The translations under genes were made by a program, and so were the position numbers. Below, piece after piece: positions 63,573 to 64,000 of a stretch of 64,000 bases of DNA. The stretch is taken from positions 43,960,001 to 44,024,000 of the forward strand of contig NC_087251.1 of assembly GCF_037042905.1 (NCBI RefSeq), given 5' to 3'. This DNA is from Lytechinus pictus. Taxonomy: Eukaryota. Below the pieces are notes generated by a model. It was not told the origin of the DNA, made no database searches, and saw only the letters and a program-made list of their open reading frames with translations. Each line of letters begins with the position of its first letter. Positions within the stretch are counted from its first letter, which is position 1.

Positions 63573-64000
63573 TTAACCCTCCTAACACTCCCAGGGGACC
63601 GTAATGGCCCCCTTAAAAATTTCTATGATAAATCCATAAGCACAACAGGGCCACGCCATATTGTTCAAGACTTTTTTTTGGATACATGCATGGATATGTG
63701 GTTATGATATTACCATGGAGCTATCAACACATTAATAGCTCAATGATATTACAAGTGCATGACAGACCAGAATTGCTCAATATCGTGATTTCATGTATAA
63801 AGCCAATGCTAATTTTTCGCCAACATTTTTATCTGTATCAATATTTGTACTTTTTGTTAATGATTGGAAAATTATTGCCAATAATTTCCATTAAAAAACT
63901 GATAAAAAAAACACAAAAGTAACCACAAAACTGTAGATAAGAAATATGTAAAAAAAAACAGTTAAAACAAACATTAAAAAAACAATTTGATCAGAATTCC

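Overview
AT-rich eukaryotic (animal) genomic DNA. The repeat families and SINE suggest a marine invertebrate such as a sea urchin; this is inference. (1) A complete spliced + strand gene for a lysocardiolipin acyltransferase (LCLAT1/AGPAT8-like, 375 aa) has six coding exons across 244-29780. One is a 10-nt micro-exon (15759-15768) that the ORF track misses and the reading frame needs. (2) A near-intact, young 12.6-kb Ty3/Gypsy LTR retrotransposon (38735-51375) has 769-bp LTRs, a GTAC TSD, a tRNA-Leu PBS, a PPT and one frameshift near the integrase C-terminus. It is part of a four-level nest: hAT-like element > LTR element > 4.7-kb CMC/EnSpm-like element > MITE. (3) Many non-autonomous DNA transposons (piggyBac-, Kolobok-, PIF/Harbinger-, hAT-, Tc1-, CMC-, Sola2- and Helentron-like), one tRNA-derived SINE, minisatellites and microsatellites. 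(4) Minimal hammerhead-ribozyme-like motifs of the Penelope type, two of them forming a perfect 104-bp inverted repeat. (5) The probable 5' end of an unidentified downstream gene near 58.8-59.8 kb. There are no CRISPR, rRNA or bona fide tRNA genes. Most short ORFs in the track are artefacts of repeats. All alignments and counts were done by eye.
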